A stretch of DNA of 64,000 nt from Octopus sinensis (GCF_006345805.1 NC_042999.1:140368001-140432000), one strand, 5' to 3'. Counted from the first letter of the stretch, positions 1 to 11,450 are shown. A program made the numbers and translations. The notes: a model not told the origin generated them from the letters alone.

Positions 1-3000
1 GACAGTAGGCCCTATTTGGACGAGAACAAATTAGCAAATGTGAGGAGGGATATCTTTAGAAATAACAGACTCACAGACAGTGAAATAAGCGCGATCAAGC
101 ACGCAACGGAAAATGACATAAACATAAGACAAAGGAAATGAAGAATCAGATGAACAGTATAGCCTGCCACGAGGCTTAATTGAAAGACTGCCATCTGACC
201 AAAGTACGCAAAGGCCTGAAGATACAAGAAATTCTATTGTACCTGTTAAAGATAGCCAGGAAAACGAAAAAACAACAGTAACTGAAGATCTCGCATCTGC
301 TGAAGAACACAGAGAGTCTATGGCAGAAATGAGGCAGAAAATCCTGAATACGCTTGAAGTTGTAAGACATACAAGTATGAATGATAAAGAACTGCTTCAT
401 AAACTCTCAAATACAAACCAAAATAAAAAACAAATCCAAATTGGCAACTATGTAACAAATGAAATAATACGAGAATTAAAACCTGATTTTACTGAGTTAA
501 ATGAAATTATTTACGCTTCTGCTAGGGCAATTGAAACCAGCTGTATGCCCCCGAAAAAACAAAGAAAACAAAACCTGGGAAGAAATCAAACCTGGAGAAG
601 TAAAATCGAAAAAGAGATTGAATTTATGAGAGGGGAAATATCAATATTAAATGAACTAATATGTGGAAATGATGTAAGATCCAGAACAGGAAGAAAGATG
701 AAGAGAAAATTTGGATCCTCACCAAGAGAAGAACTGATATCAATAAAAGAAACGCTGAAACAAAAAGTCCAAGCAAAAGCCCAAAGAATACGAAGATTTG
801 AGAAGAGAAACAAGTTTTACAAGCAAAATAAGCTGTTCACATCCAATGCCAAAAAATTCTACAGAGAAATAGGGAAGGAGAAAGTAACCGTTAAAGACCC
901 CCCTCCCATGGAAGAAGTTCAAAACTTTTGGAAAAGGATTTGGAGTGACAAGAAGACGTACAACATAAATGCAGACTGGATTATACAAACTGAAGGATCC
1001 TACCAAAATTTACAACAACAAGCATGGGAAGACATCACAATAGCAGACCTAAGAAAGGCACTCACAAAGGCCCATAATTGGAAATCCCCCGGTAAAGATA
1101 GGGTGCCGAATTTCTGGCTCGCATCGCTCCTGTGCGCACACGGTAAGCTAGTTCAGCTGCTCAATGGAATTATGAGAGACCCAAAGAAAACACCTGAATG
1201 GTTAGCAAGTGGCATTACTTACCTACTCCCAAAGAATAACGAAACCAACCTTCCAAAAAACTATCGGCCTATAACCTGTCTATCCACCACATATAAAATC
1301 CTAACATCTATCCTGGCGGAGAAAACATATGCATTCATGGAGAAGAACGATATTTTCCCCATTGAACAAAAAGGGTGCCGCCGAGGCTCTTACGGATGCA
1401 AAGATCAACTGCTAATCAATCGTATGATCCTTGAGAACTGTCACAACAAGCGCAGAAATCTCAGCACCGCATGGATTGACTATAAAAAGGCCTTCGACGG
1501 TATACCGCATCCATGGATCTTGAGATCGCTGGACATCTTCAAAATTTCCCCTGTGATTTCAAACTTCCTGAAGCACAATATGTCGTTGTGGAATACGAAT
1601 CTCCAATTATACCACTCTAATGGAGTACTTGCCTCAGAAAATATAAACATCAACTGTGGAATTTTTCAAGGTGACTCACTTTCACCTTTAATATTCTGCA
1701 TAGCCCTAATACCCCTTACAAGTGAATTAAACAGAACAGGGTATGGGTATAAAATTGCCAATAAAAAAATAAGCCATCTATTTTATATGGATGACTTAAA
1801 ACTTTATGGTAAAGACAATAATGAACTTGAAGGCCTATTGCGCACCGTGAAAGCATTCAGCGATGACATCGGGATGGAGTTTGGACTTGAGAAGTGTGCC
1901 AAGGCCACTTTCCAGAAAGGGAAAGTGAAGACCACAAATTCAGTCGTGTTAGATGTTGACACAGTCATAAGAGAGCTTGAGCAAGAACAAACATACAAAT
2001 ATTTAGGGATAAATGAAGGCTCTGGTATTCAGCATGCAAGCATGAAAGAGAAAATCAGGAAGGAATGTTATAGGAGAGTTCGTGCAGTCCTGAAATCTGA
2101 ACTAAATGCACGTAACAAGGTGTTAGCTATAAATTCCTTAGCAGTTCCAGTTGTTACTTATAGCTACAATGTGTTGAACTGGAATATGAGTGAAGTAAAG
2201 AATATAGATAGAAAAATACGCAAGCTGCTGAGTTGTAATAGGATGCACCACCCAAAGGCAGACGTAGATCGCCTTTACCTTCCCAGAGCCCAAGGAGGTC
2301 GAGGCCTGATCCAATTTGAACTAGCTTACAAAACAACCACAATTGGACTGGCCAAATATCTCGAAATATCGAATGACTGGATGCTAAAGCTCATGGAAAA
2401 TCACGAAAGACGAAAGAAGCTTCATTCTATCATCAAGGAAAGCAAAAAATTTGCTATTGATCTCGTGCAGGATACCCAAACTGAACAACCCGAGGGAAGT
2501 ACGGCAACTATTGTTGCAAAGAAGGTGAAAATGATGGCAATGAAAAAAGCACACGAGCAATTGGCTGATAGGTGGGAGGAGAAACCTCTGCACGGCAAAT
2601 ATGTGACCCGCAGCAAACAAGCTGATGTTGACCAGAAGCAAACCCATCAGTGGCTGCGGAGCTCAGGGCTAAAAGCAGAGAGCGAAGGTTTCATCCTGGC
2701 TGCTCAAGACCAAAGCCTATTAACCCGGAACTACCAGGCCAATGTGATAAAAAATGGAGCAGACCCAAAATGCCGATTCTGCAACGACATGATTGAAACA
2801 GTGGACCACCTAATCTCTGGATGTAAAGTCTTAGCACCAGTGGAATATAAATTAAGACATGACAGAGTTGGCTAATATCTCCACTGGCTAATAAGTCGGC
2901 ATTACAATATCAAAACTGCCGACAAGTGGTATAATCACCACCCTGAGGCTGTAACTGAAGGAGAAAATGTAACCATTCTGTGGGACTTTCCAGTACATAC

Positions 3001-3513
3001 AGACCGAACCATCAAGGCCAATAAACCAGATATTGTTGTGAAAGCCCAAAACAATAAAGTTTGCTTATTGATCGACATGAGCATCCCCTGTGATCATAAT
3101 ATCTCAGCGAAAGAGTTTGACAAGCTCAGAAAATATAAAGACCTACTCATTGAAATTGAGAAAATGTGGCATCTCAAGGCGGTTACAATACCAGTGATCG
3201 TAGGAGCACTAGGAATGATCAAGAAGGGAACCGAAAATTATATGAGAATGATCCCTGGCTTACCATCCCTGCAAGAAGTGCAAAAGATTGTCTTAACTGG
3301 TACATCACACGTATTGAGAAGAGCATTGTCGATGTGAGAACTGTTGCTGCTCATGTATTTTAATTTAACTTAAAAAAAAAAATAAAAAAAAAATGAACGA
3401 ACTACTGAGTTTGGTTTAATGGCCTACCAATATACACTATGAGTTTCTTTGCCCTAGGAGTCGGGAAGACACTCGGCAAGAAATGGAAGAAAATTTGAAA
3501 GAAGAAAAAAAAG
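1..3513 (+). mobile_element. R4/Dong-like non-LTR retrotransposon (RT + CCHC knuckle + restriction-like endonuclease); 5' end lies outside the window
   Basis: RT motifs (AWIDYKKAFD, GIFQGDSLSP, HLFYMDDLKLY, YKYLG), CRFC..ETVDHLISGC knuckle, and REL motif KPDIVV..LLIDMSIP..K..KYKDL. No apurinic endonuclease seen in the ORF. The 3' UTR ends directly in (TAA)n at 3514. Confidence 0.9.
320..3337 (+). pseudogene. ORF of the R4/Dong-like LINE, disrupted by an in-frame TAA at 2873-2875 and a frameshift near 121-141
   Basis: ORFs 320..2875 and 3038..3337 share a frame, and translation across the stop is continuous (DRVG*YLHWLISRHY..WDFPVHTDRTIKANKPDIVV). The frame is open back to 128. Frame 1 of 1-138 (YLDENKLANVRRDIFRNNRLT) looks like the upstream part of the same protein. 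Confidence 0.85.
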
Positions 3514-3550
3514 TAATAATAATAATAATAATAATACTGATAATAATAAT

Positions 3551-3756
3551 CCTTTCTACTATAGGCACAAGGCCTGAAATATTAGGGGAAGGATATAGTC
3601 AATTACATAGATCCCAGTACTCAACTGGTACTTATTTTTAATCAGCTCTGGCAAAGACCTTTGAGTACTTGCTGATACTCCAGGTGCCAAGCATCCTTTC
3701 TTAGTCTGCTAAGTATTTTGTCCAGTATGTTAACAATTCTGTCAGCTTGCCACCTT
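3551..3756 (-). mobile_element. SINE family B copy (tRNA-like head, (ATT)n tail)
   Basis: Shares ctactataggcacaaggcctgaaat and ctggtacttattttat with copies at 50600-50770 and 56285-56500. Flanked on both sides by (TAA)n. Confidence 0.7.
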
Positions 3757-3790
3757 AATAATAATAATAATAGTAGTAGTAGTAGTAGTA

Positions 3791-3829
<39 letters not shown>
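3757..3829. repeat. compound (AAT)n/(AGT)n microsatellite
   Basis: Direct reading. Confidence 0.95.
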
Positions 3830-3831
<2 letters not shown>

Positions 3832-4323
3832 GACATTATATTGAAAGACTTTAGACAAAAATCATGCTTCCTCATTGATATGACAGCCCCAATCGATATA
3901 AATGTATCTGTCAAGACCTACTAAAAACCGAGCAAGTATAAAGATCTTGAAACAGAAATTGGCAAAAATGTGGAACCTGAAGACTAAAACAATACCTGTT
4001 GTCATAGGTGCCCTAGGAATGATAGCAAAAGGGGCTGATTGCTACCTAGCTCAGATATCAGGAAACCCCAAAATGGCAGGAATTCAAAAGATAGTGCTCA
4101 TGGGAACTGCCCATATCCTACATAAAATACTGTCTATGTAATCTCAAATTTTAAAACAAACTCATAATTTTTCTCATGTTTTCTTAAACATTCTCTAGAA
4201 CAATACTATGTGCAAAACCAAATATACGACACCCTAGGCATAACACCAACATGAATTTCTCTTGAGGTCTCTGGATGAGACTTGGAGCCAACTTGTACAA
4301 ATACAAAGCAAAAGTCAAACATA
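3830..4323 (+). mobile_element. 5'-truncated copy of a second, divergent R4/Dong-like family (REL C-terminus + 3' UTR)
   Basis: Translation DIILKDFRQKSCFLIDMTAP..KMWNLKTKTIPVVIGALGMI..QKIVLMGTAHILHKILSM aligns by eye with the C-terminus of the 1-3513 element. (TAA)n on both flanks. Confidence 0.85.
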
Positions 4324-4373
4324 TAATAATAATAATGATGATGATGGTGATGATGATGATGATGATGATAATC

Positions 4374-4407
<34 letters not shown>

Positions 4408-4487
4408 TGATGATGATGCTGATGATGATGATGATGATGATGATGATAACAATAATAATGATAATGATAGTGATGATGATGATGATG

Positions 4488-4518
<31 letters not shown>

Positions 4519-4530
4519 TATAATAATAAT
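4324..4530. repeat. compound (AAT)n/(GAT)n microsatellite
   Basis: Direct reading; explains the poly-N/D/I/M ORFs. Confidence 0.95.
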
Positions 4531-4739
4531 AAATATATAAATACACATGTATATCATTCTAACTGCCATTGATATTAATAAAGCTTTCAACTTCATCTAC
4601 TCTTCCCTTATACGAAAAAAAAAAAAAACTCAATTTCTTAACAAACAACACAAAGTGCTGGCTATAAAACTACCTATCAGGTTGCCATACCTATGCAGGG
4701 TACAAAAGCAACACTTCCAGAATTTGAAATTTTCTGAAT

Positions 4740-5570
4740 AGAGTACCAGAGTACCACAAGGATGTCCTTTTACTCTGCCTTTTAATATATACTGATACAA
4801 CTTTCTGATACCTCCATACACACATATGCAGATTATGTCATACTCAAATCCTCTCATTTTCTACAAACACAACTGCACAACTACTTCAGACCTTTATGAA
4901 CTACAGAGAAACAACATTAAGTAGCACCTTACAAAATGCTCTGTCTGCTTCTTTCCAGCAACATCAGATAACATTGAAGTCAATCAACCATCAAACTCAG
5001 CAACATAAATAACCACACTTACAGAAGATAAAATAAACTAGGAGTTACATAATAACATTCATAACATCCACTATACACTATACATAGAAGACTTGGCAAA
5101 CAATGCACACATGAACTTAGAGTACCTACAAGTAACACATTTGCTTAATACAGAAAAACAAGATTAGCCTACAATCAATACATTAGTCCCATGGATTGTG
5201 CTAACACAGCCTGGGTCCATTATATCTCCACACTCTCCATAGACTGTCTACACACCATTAAAAACAGACAAATCTGGAAACGAAAGGCCATATAAACATG
5301 TGAGGAGAACACTTTGTTACTTCAGCAACCTTTATCCCTCACAGTCCCTGCCACTACATGCAAAACACACCCAAACAGCAAGACCACAAGCATCTGGAAA
5401 ACTCTTGCATTAATACGATTCTAAAATCACTATCTCTCCCACTCAGTCCAAACAAACGATAGCAGTTACATGTGAACAAACATAGCATCAGTATCAATAA
5501 CTTCACCAGTCTCAAACACTATACTTTGATGCACACACTGTCAATGGTAAATGTAGAAGGACAGTAACAG
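4740..5570 (+). mobile_element. heavily degraded LINE reverse-transcriptase remnant
   Basis: VPQGCPFTLPFNIY (near 4750) and YADY (near 4826) resemble RT motifs GVPQG..FNIY and YADD; many stops and frameshifts. Confidence 0.45.
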
Positions 5571-5589
5571 TTGTGCTCCACATACACCA

Positions 5590-5974
5590 TGTGGTAAGTA
5601 GCTTGCTTACCAACCACATGGTTCTGGGTTCATTCCCACTGCATGGCACCTTGGGCAAATGTCTTCTACTATAGCCTCGGGCTGACCAAAACCTTGTGAG
5701 TGGATTTGGTAGACGGAAACTGAAAGAAGCCTGTCGTATATATGTATATATATATGTATCTGTGTGTATATGTTTGTGTGTCTGTGTTTGTCCCCCCAAC
5801 ATCGCTTGACAACTGATGCTGGTGTGTTTACGTCCCCGTAACTTAGTGGTTCGGCTAAGAGACCGATAGAATAAGCACTAGGCTTACAAAGAATAAGTTC
5901 TGGGGTTGATTTGCTCGACTAAAGGTGGTGCCCTAGCATGGCCACAGTCAAATGACTGAAACAAGTAAAAGAGT
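5590..5974 (+). mobile_element. SINE family A (tRNA-derived head, CORE-like ccttgggcaa segment, internal (TA)/(TG) tract)
   Basis: Box-B-like ggttcattccc and conserved tail atggcc.cagtcaaatgactgaaacaagtaaaagagta; many homologous copies in the window. Resembles octopus OR-type SINEs from memory; needs a Dfam/Repbase check. Confidence 0.85.
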
Positions 5975-6234
5975 ATATAAGCTAATGAAGGGACTTCTGT
6001 TTCAGTAGTTCTTAACCTGGGGTGGCGTACTCTTGCAACATTGTGAGTTCACAAGGGAGTGGTAAATGACGAGTGAATTTTATGGAGGCTTTGGGTGTTT
6101 GGCAGGTTGATTGTTCTTAGAAATAAAATATTTAAACCAGACACAATGCTGAGTATTTTAGATACATTTTGAAAAAATCTTTGTCAAGACTAAAGCCTAA
6201 GTGGACAGAAGCACAACTAATGACACACGGAGGT

Positions 6235-6490
6235 CCCTGAAAGGATAAAAGGTAAAGTTGGCCTCAGATGTATTTGAACTCAAAACATAAAGAGCCAGAA
6301 CAGATATTGAAAATATGTTTTGCCATATTTCTTTTAGCTCTTTATATAAGTTCAAAACCCTGCTGAGGTCAATTTTGCCTTTCATCCTTTTGGGGTTGAT
6401 AAAATAAAGCACCAGTTAAGTACTGGGTCAAATGTATCAACTAACATCTCTTCAAATTTGCTGATCTTGTGCCTAAATTACAAAACTATT
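6235..6490. mobile_element. two SINE family B fragments in head-to-head orientation
   Basis: 6235-6330 gaaaggataaaaggtaaagttg..tttgaactc (-) and 6345-6490 gttcaaa..tttgcctttcatccttttggggttgataaaat (+). Confidence 0.65.
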
Positions 6491-6744
6491 AGATATGTCC
6501 TAACCTTTTCCAGTAATTTCCATAAAAAGTTTAATAGAAGAGACCACACAGATATTAAAAAAAGGCACATGCTGGTGGGGATAGTATAAAGAAAGAAAGA
6601 TAATAAACCATTACATAAACTTAGCATTTGTTTAATTAAAGTAATCTGTTCTTTTTATGCAAAAGATGGAGAGAGGTATTTTAAACATGTCATTAGGAGA
6701 AAGGGGTCACTGAGCTACAATAAATTGAGAACTACTGTTTTATG

Positions 6745-6880
6745 TGGCCACTTGACCTTCTAAAAATAGCAGACAATTTCCCTCAAATCACATCTTACCA
6801 TCTAAAAAATAAAGTACATATCAGACAATGTAATCTTGGACATAAAAAAATATGAGATGGTCAGGGTTGGAATGTTGTGG
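6745..6880 (+). mobile_element. SINE-like family D fragment (homologous pieces at 9520-9700 (-), 9880-10070 (+), 33485-33675 (-))
   Basis: Shared segments aaatagcag.caa.t..cctc and gatggtca.gg.tggaa between copies. Confidence 0.55.
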
Positions 6881-6929
6881 ATTATGTCAAGGGAATCATG
6901 GACTGAAAGTATGGAGCTTCATCACGCAC

Positions 6930-6969
6930 TTTTGACAAGTTGTGGTGCACCTGAGTACTGTATACAATA

Positions 6970-7002
<33 letters not shown>
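6930..7002 (+). mobile_element. 3' end of an (ATT)n-tailed retroposon (longer homolog at 38265-38470, minus strand)
   Basis: ttttgacaagttgtggtgcacctgag.actgtatacaataattt followed by (ATT)n in both copies. Confidence 0.6.
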
Positions 7003-7559
7003 CTCTTGTATCATTTTATAAGTAATACAATAAAATCCTTATGATTTCCCTTCCTTTTTCTGTTCCTAGTTATTCATATGTAAAATAAAACCAAGCTATT
7101 GACTTTTTTTTGAAGATATATTGGTACCTAACTGAACTGATGATGACGATGACGACAACAAGGACAATGATGATGATTTAGACAGTCTAATGAAGGAGCT
7201 AAGGGGATACAATGAGTAAATTTTTGAAGAGCTGGAATCATAAAATATTTAAGAAACCCTACTGGATATAATTTTTCATCTGGCTGAAAATAGGGGGAAT
7301 TAATCATTCCCCCTTCATCATCTTAAAAAAAAAGGATACATTTGATTATATAATTCTAGATATTTCTTAAATGATATTATGGTAACAGGTAGAATGCTTT
7401 TGATCATTCTGTTTAATAAGGCTTGGCCTCAGGTGCAACAAATGGTGCACAGAAATAGACCGGACTATATGTTCAGAGTGCAACACTGCATACATCATTA
7501 ACCATTGCATGTTGCAGTGTGCAGCATGGTCTTCAGTTCAGCAAAACGACATCAAATCA

Positions 7560-7995
7560 AATCAAACCAAATCAAAATAGATGAACATCAATGGAATTTG
7601 TATCCTTGTGGTACCAGTGCCGGTGGCACATAAGAAAACCATCCGAACGTGACCGTAGCCAGTACCGCATCGACTGGCCTCCGTGCTGTGGGCACGTAAC
7701 AAACACCATCCGATCGTGGCCGTTCGCAAGCCTCGTCTGGCACCTGTGTCGGTGGCACATAAGAAAACACCATCTGAGCGTGGCCGTCTGCCAGCCTCGT
7801 CTAGCACCTGTGTCAGTGGCACATAAAATCACCCACTACACTCTCGGAGTGGTTGGCGTTAGGAAGGGCATCCAGCTGTAGAAACACTGCCAGATCTGAC
7901 TGGCCTGGTGCAGCCTTCGGGCTTGCCAGACCCCAGTTGAACCGTCCAACCCATGCTAGCATGGAAAGCGGACGTTAAACGATGATGATGATGAT
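7560..7995 (+). mobile_element. RTE-family 3' UTR fragment with minisatellite and (GAT)n tail
   Basis: Tail ttggcgttaggaagggcatccagctgtagaaa...cggacgttaaacgatgatgat is of the same type as those joined to RTE coding sequence at 24795-25650 and 36340-37320. Confidence 0.85.
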
Positions 7996-9246
7996 GTGCT
8001 TAGACATTTGACTAACTACCCATATGGCATAGGTATGAGCTAACCTGCGACTGCACAAAATGACGTCTGGTTACTAAGGGGATATTAATATGGAAGGATA
8101 ATCAAACTGCAATACTTAAAGCAGCACAAGACTTTCCATCTATAAATTTCCTGAAAACTGATGTCAAGTTAGTTATGCTTGTGTCACAATCTTGTACAGA
8201 CTAAATATATAGCAAAACATATTTTCTAAGGACCTATAAAAGGGGTTTCAGTTGGTATATCAGTCTAGGGCTCAAAAAGTTAAAGAAGAGACTATGCTCA
8301 TTTGTGGTGGGACGGTGGTGACCAGTGACTATATGAACACTACCAGATTTGGCAAATTCTAAGATGCAAAGATACAAAGGTAATTTTCAGACAGTTGCAT
8401 TATTCCAAGTCAGCGTCTAACCAGATACATACCTATACAGTATCTACAAGTCGACTATCTACCAGATCTCACACTGATAAAAAAAAAAGGAAAAAAGAAA
8501 GAAAAGAAAATCACAATCCTATTTGGATTTTGAGATGACTCTCCTCCTTTCTCAGGGGCCTAAACTAATCTTGTTTTGCCTTACTGAATTTCTCTCAGAA
8601 GCTCTAGTATCGCAATACGTACACTATCATTGTGATTAGTGAATGGGTACACATAACTTGTAGATTCTAACCCGACCAACTATATATGTCAATTAGAACT
8701 ATATAATCTGCACGTATTAAGGGTTTAGATAAACCATGTAAGATGCTCACAAAAAGAAGCAGCAGAGATATTGACAAAATAGATATAGTGTGACGAGATA
8801 TAACTTGTGGCTTTCAACTGAATAGGAACAGGTATTTTGCGCTAATTAGACAAGTGCCGCTAATATCTTTAATGCAAAGAATATCAATATATGTTGAGAA
8901 CAGCATTATAGGTAGATATAAGAAAGAGAAGCACAGTATGTAGATGGTATATAGAAAGTAAATATCAAAATAACGATCAGATGTTAACTGAACGTTAACA
9001 GAGCACGTAAATCAGGGATGCTGATTAAAAAGGATGTCGGCCATGGTATTTACCAGGGAGCTCGTTACTTCACTTAAAGAAAACAAAACAAACAACTATA
9101 GTTGTCTATATGTGTATAACAGCGAGCTGTCTAATGCAAATATCAATAATGAAAGCAGCCTTCTCATTTAGTGAGTCGTGATACTTGATGCTACCGTAAT
9201 ATTTTTATCGTATATAACCAGGTGGGCCCAGCTTGGTTATTTACGC

Positions 9247-9469
9247 CATTGGTTCCCAACTTTTTCTCAATGACAACCTCTCTCGGCTTCTCAAAAGTTA
9301 TTGTAGCATTATAAGAAAATAAAAGACCACACATATCAGCAATTACTGAATAAGATTTTTTAAAATTTTCGACCATGAATTAACGAAATTTTGCTTCTAT
9401 TTACAATCCAGAAGTAAATTCAGTGACCCCCTCTAATGACGTCACAATCCACATTGTTGAGAACCACTG
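9247..9469. mobile_element. hAT-type MITE
   Basis: Imperfect TIRs cattggttcccaac / gttgagaaccactg; flanking 8-mers match 5/8 (atttacgc vs ctgtaggc). Confidence 0.5.
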
Positions 9470-10899
9470 CTGTAGGCATTGATTAGATATGTAGAGGTGG
9501 TAGTAGTTATTTAGCCCTAGGTAAACCTTGATCGACAGACGTTCAGTGAAAGACATTCCAACCATGACCAACCTGTTTATTTTTTTTTTATTAAAATTAC
9601 ATTATATAATGTGTCTTCCCTTTTTAAGACTGTGGTATGATCTGAAAGGGATTTGGCTGTTACTTCTAGCAAACCGAACGACAACATAGTGGCTCGATTA
9701 GTTTGGGTATGGCCTGTAGATATTGACGAAACACAAAACTTCCAGGATTTGTAGATTCTTTTTAATTATCGCTGGATTAAGTGTTACTGTTATTTTTTCT
9801 TCGTTTGATTTGACTACTGTCAACGCTTTTTCATGCATAAAAGGCCAATTTCACTTTACAGGACAAAACAGATGAAGGTGGTCGCTTGACCTGCTAAAAT
9901 AGCAACCAGATATCACTAGAATAACCATCAAAATCCCTCGAGGATAGCAACCAAACCTCTCGTTATTAAGAAGTAAAAATACGTTGAATAATGGGGTCCG
10001 AGATATACTCTCAGACAAAAAGATGGGCTTGCCATGGTTGGAACGCCTTAGATCATAGGTCATCTCAAACTAAACTGACCTGTGACTAAACAACGAGCAT
10101 CTTCAATTTTAAATAAATATTGTTAGAAGGATAATTTTATTCGCTGAATAAAATGACGTATAAATATTGGCGAGATCAAGTAGACAGAAGTCCATTTTAG
10201 TTCCCGCAAACTAGTAATTCGAGGAATAAAATGCTTTCTGCGAAACTAACTGTTCCAGAAAGTGTACTGTAAATATAATTAATAATAATTAAAAAACAAA
10301 AACACGAAACAAAAATCATCTGTTTCTAATTAACTATCTATTGAGGTTTTATAATTCTAGTAGCTGTAAGTATACGCATGTTCACAAACATACTCCAGAC
10401 AAACATTACGTAAATATCCGAATCTCTTGTGAAGCGAAGAACCTATTTGAAGTGAGGTTTTTCTTTGACATTTCTTCCCACCCATCTCTGTCATAGGATC
10501 TATTCCACAAAGCTAGCAAAAGAGACTTATGATGCTTATCTAAGGTGTCCCTCAAGTTGCTCAAGAAGGACCTCTTATATGAAGTGTTTTAAAATCAAAC
10601 TAGCTTATAAGTTGTATTATACAGCAAAATACCATCGAACTTAGATATTGTTGACGACAGGAGGTTGGCAATATAGTTAGATTACAGATACAGTCCACAA
10701 TGCGTGGTGGGACTGTACCAAAAAACAGAGAATACACACAACAACGGACAAAGCATTTTTATGTGGTAGAGGAGAGAAGAAACTACTATGAATAATCGAG
10801 TACCGATATCTAAAGATAAAGCAATAACAAAAAACGGAAAATGATTCGGGAATGCCAAATGCATTGCCCATTTATTATCAGAGGGGTACCGGCAAGGAC

Positions 10900-11450
10900 A
10901 GGTGCCCGGATGGTGTCTTCCCAGCATTCAGTTACTGACGCAAGTAACAAGGAGGATCGAGCAGCCACCAGTCAGCCAAATCTAGGTTCTGTTGACTAAA
11001 AAATACGACTCCGTGTCCGTTTGTAGATACTCTGCGGGCGTGTGTCTGGTCACACTCTGACCCGGAACAAAGCGCCACTTCTGAAAATTACCTTTGTGTC
11101 GTTGGATGTGTATGTCGCCTCTTCGTTAGCCGAGATTGCTATCCTCTCGGCACGCTTAGAACTCGCCAAGTGAGTGGCATTATTTAAGGAGAGGAGGTAG
11201 CAAAGAAGAAAGAAAGAACCAAGAACTCAAACAGCGTCGAAGTGACGCTTATCGAAGGCGGAAGCGAGAGGAAAGAATAGAGTTAAAAAGTTGTATCTAT
11301 TTGTAAAGAGATACTGCGATTAATGTTCCAAGAATTACAGAAATACGCGGGTGTGCAACATGTAAGTATTGACTTATATCAGCTCTCTACCAGAATTTTA
11401 AAAGAGACTCAAAGTAGGTGCCAATGATGTGTCCGTAAGTAAATCCAGCT
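10900..11450. promoter_or_regulatory. CpG-retaining region, candidate (possibly bidirectional) promoter/first exons
   Basis: Local CpG enrichment; TGACG at 11243 and ETS-like CGGAAG at 11259; + donors gtaagt at 11362 and 11435; - donor AAG|gtaatt at 11091-11090. Inference only. Confidence 0.35.

Noticed and set aside
2870-2881. Programmed stop-codon readthrough in the LINE ORF
   Set aside because: R4-clade elements encode RT and REL in one ORF; a single CAA>TAA change explains it, and a frameshift is also present.
3551-3756. SINE B being mobilised by the R4/Dong-like LINE
   Set aside because: On its own strand the SINE ends in (ATT)n whereas the LINE ends in (TAA)n, and no 3' sequence is shared.
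4184-4596. Poly-I/N/D/M/L ORFs (also 3642..3924, 53512..53833, 56355..56719)
   Set aside because: Translations of microsatellites.
5590-5660. tRNA genes at SINE heads
   Set aside because: Only A/B-box-like remnants; no cloverleaf, and continuous with the SINE bodies.
6003-6737. Single hAT MITE defined by cagtagttct..aa TIRs
   Set aside because: The flanking 8-mers do not match and the interior is a mosaic of SINEs; the ends may belong to separate elements.
7609-7830. CRISPR-like array (palindromic repeats with spacers)
   Set aside because: The spacers are homologous to one another, unit lengths vary, the array recurs in RTE 3' UTRs, and there are no cas genes; it is a minisatellite.
10689-10717. 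8-bp stem hairpin tacagtcc/ggactgta
   Set aside because: No ribozyme core, Helitron CTRR end or second copy; could be chance.
11196-11306. Basic, coding-looking stretch GSKEERKNQELKQRRSDAYRRRKREERIELK
   Set aside because: No ATG, an in-frame stop 39 nt upstream and no clear acceptor; purine-rich sequence explains the composition.
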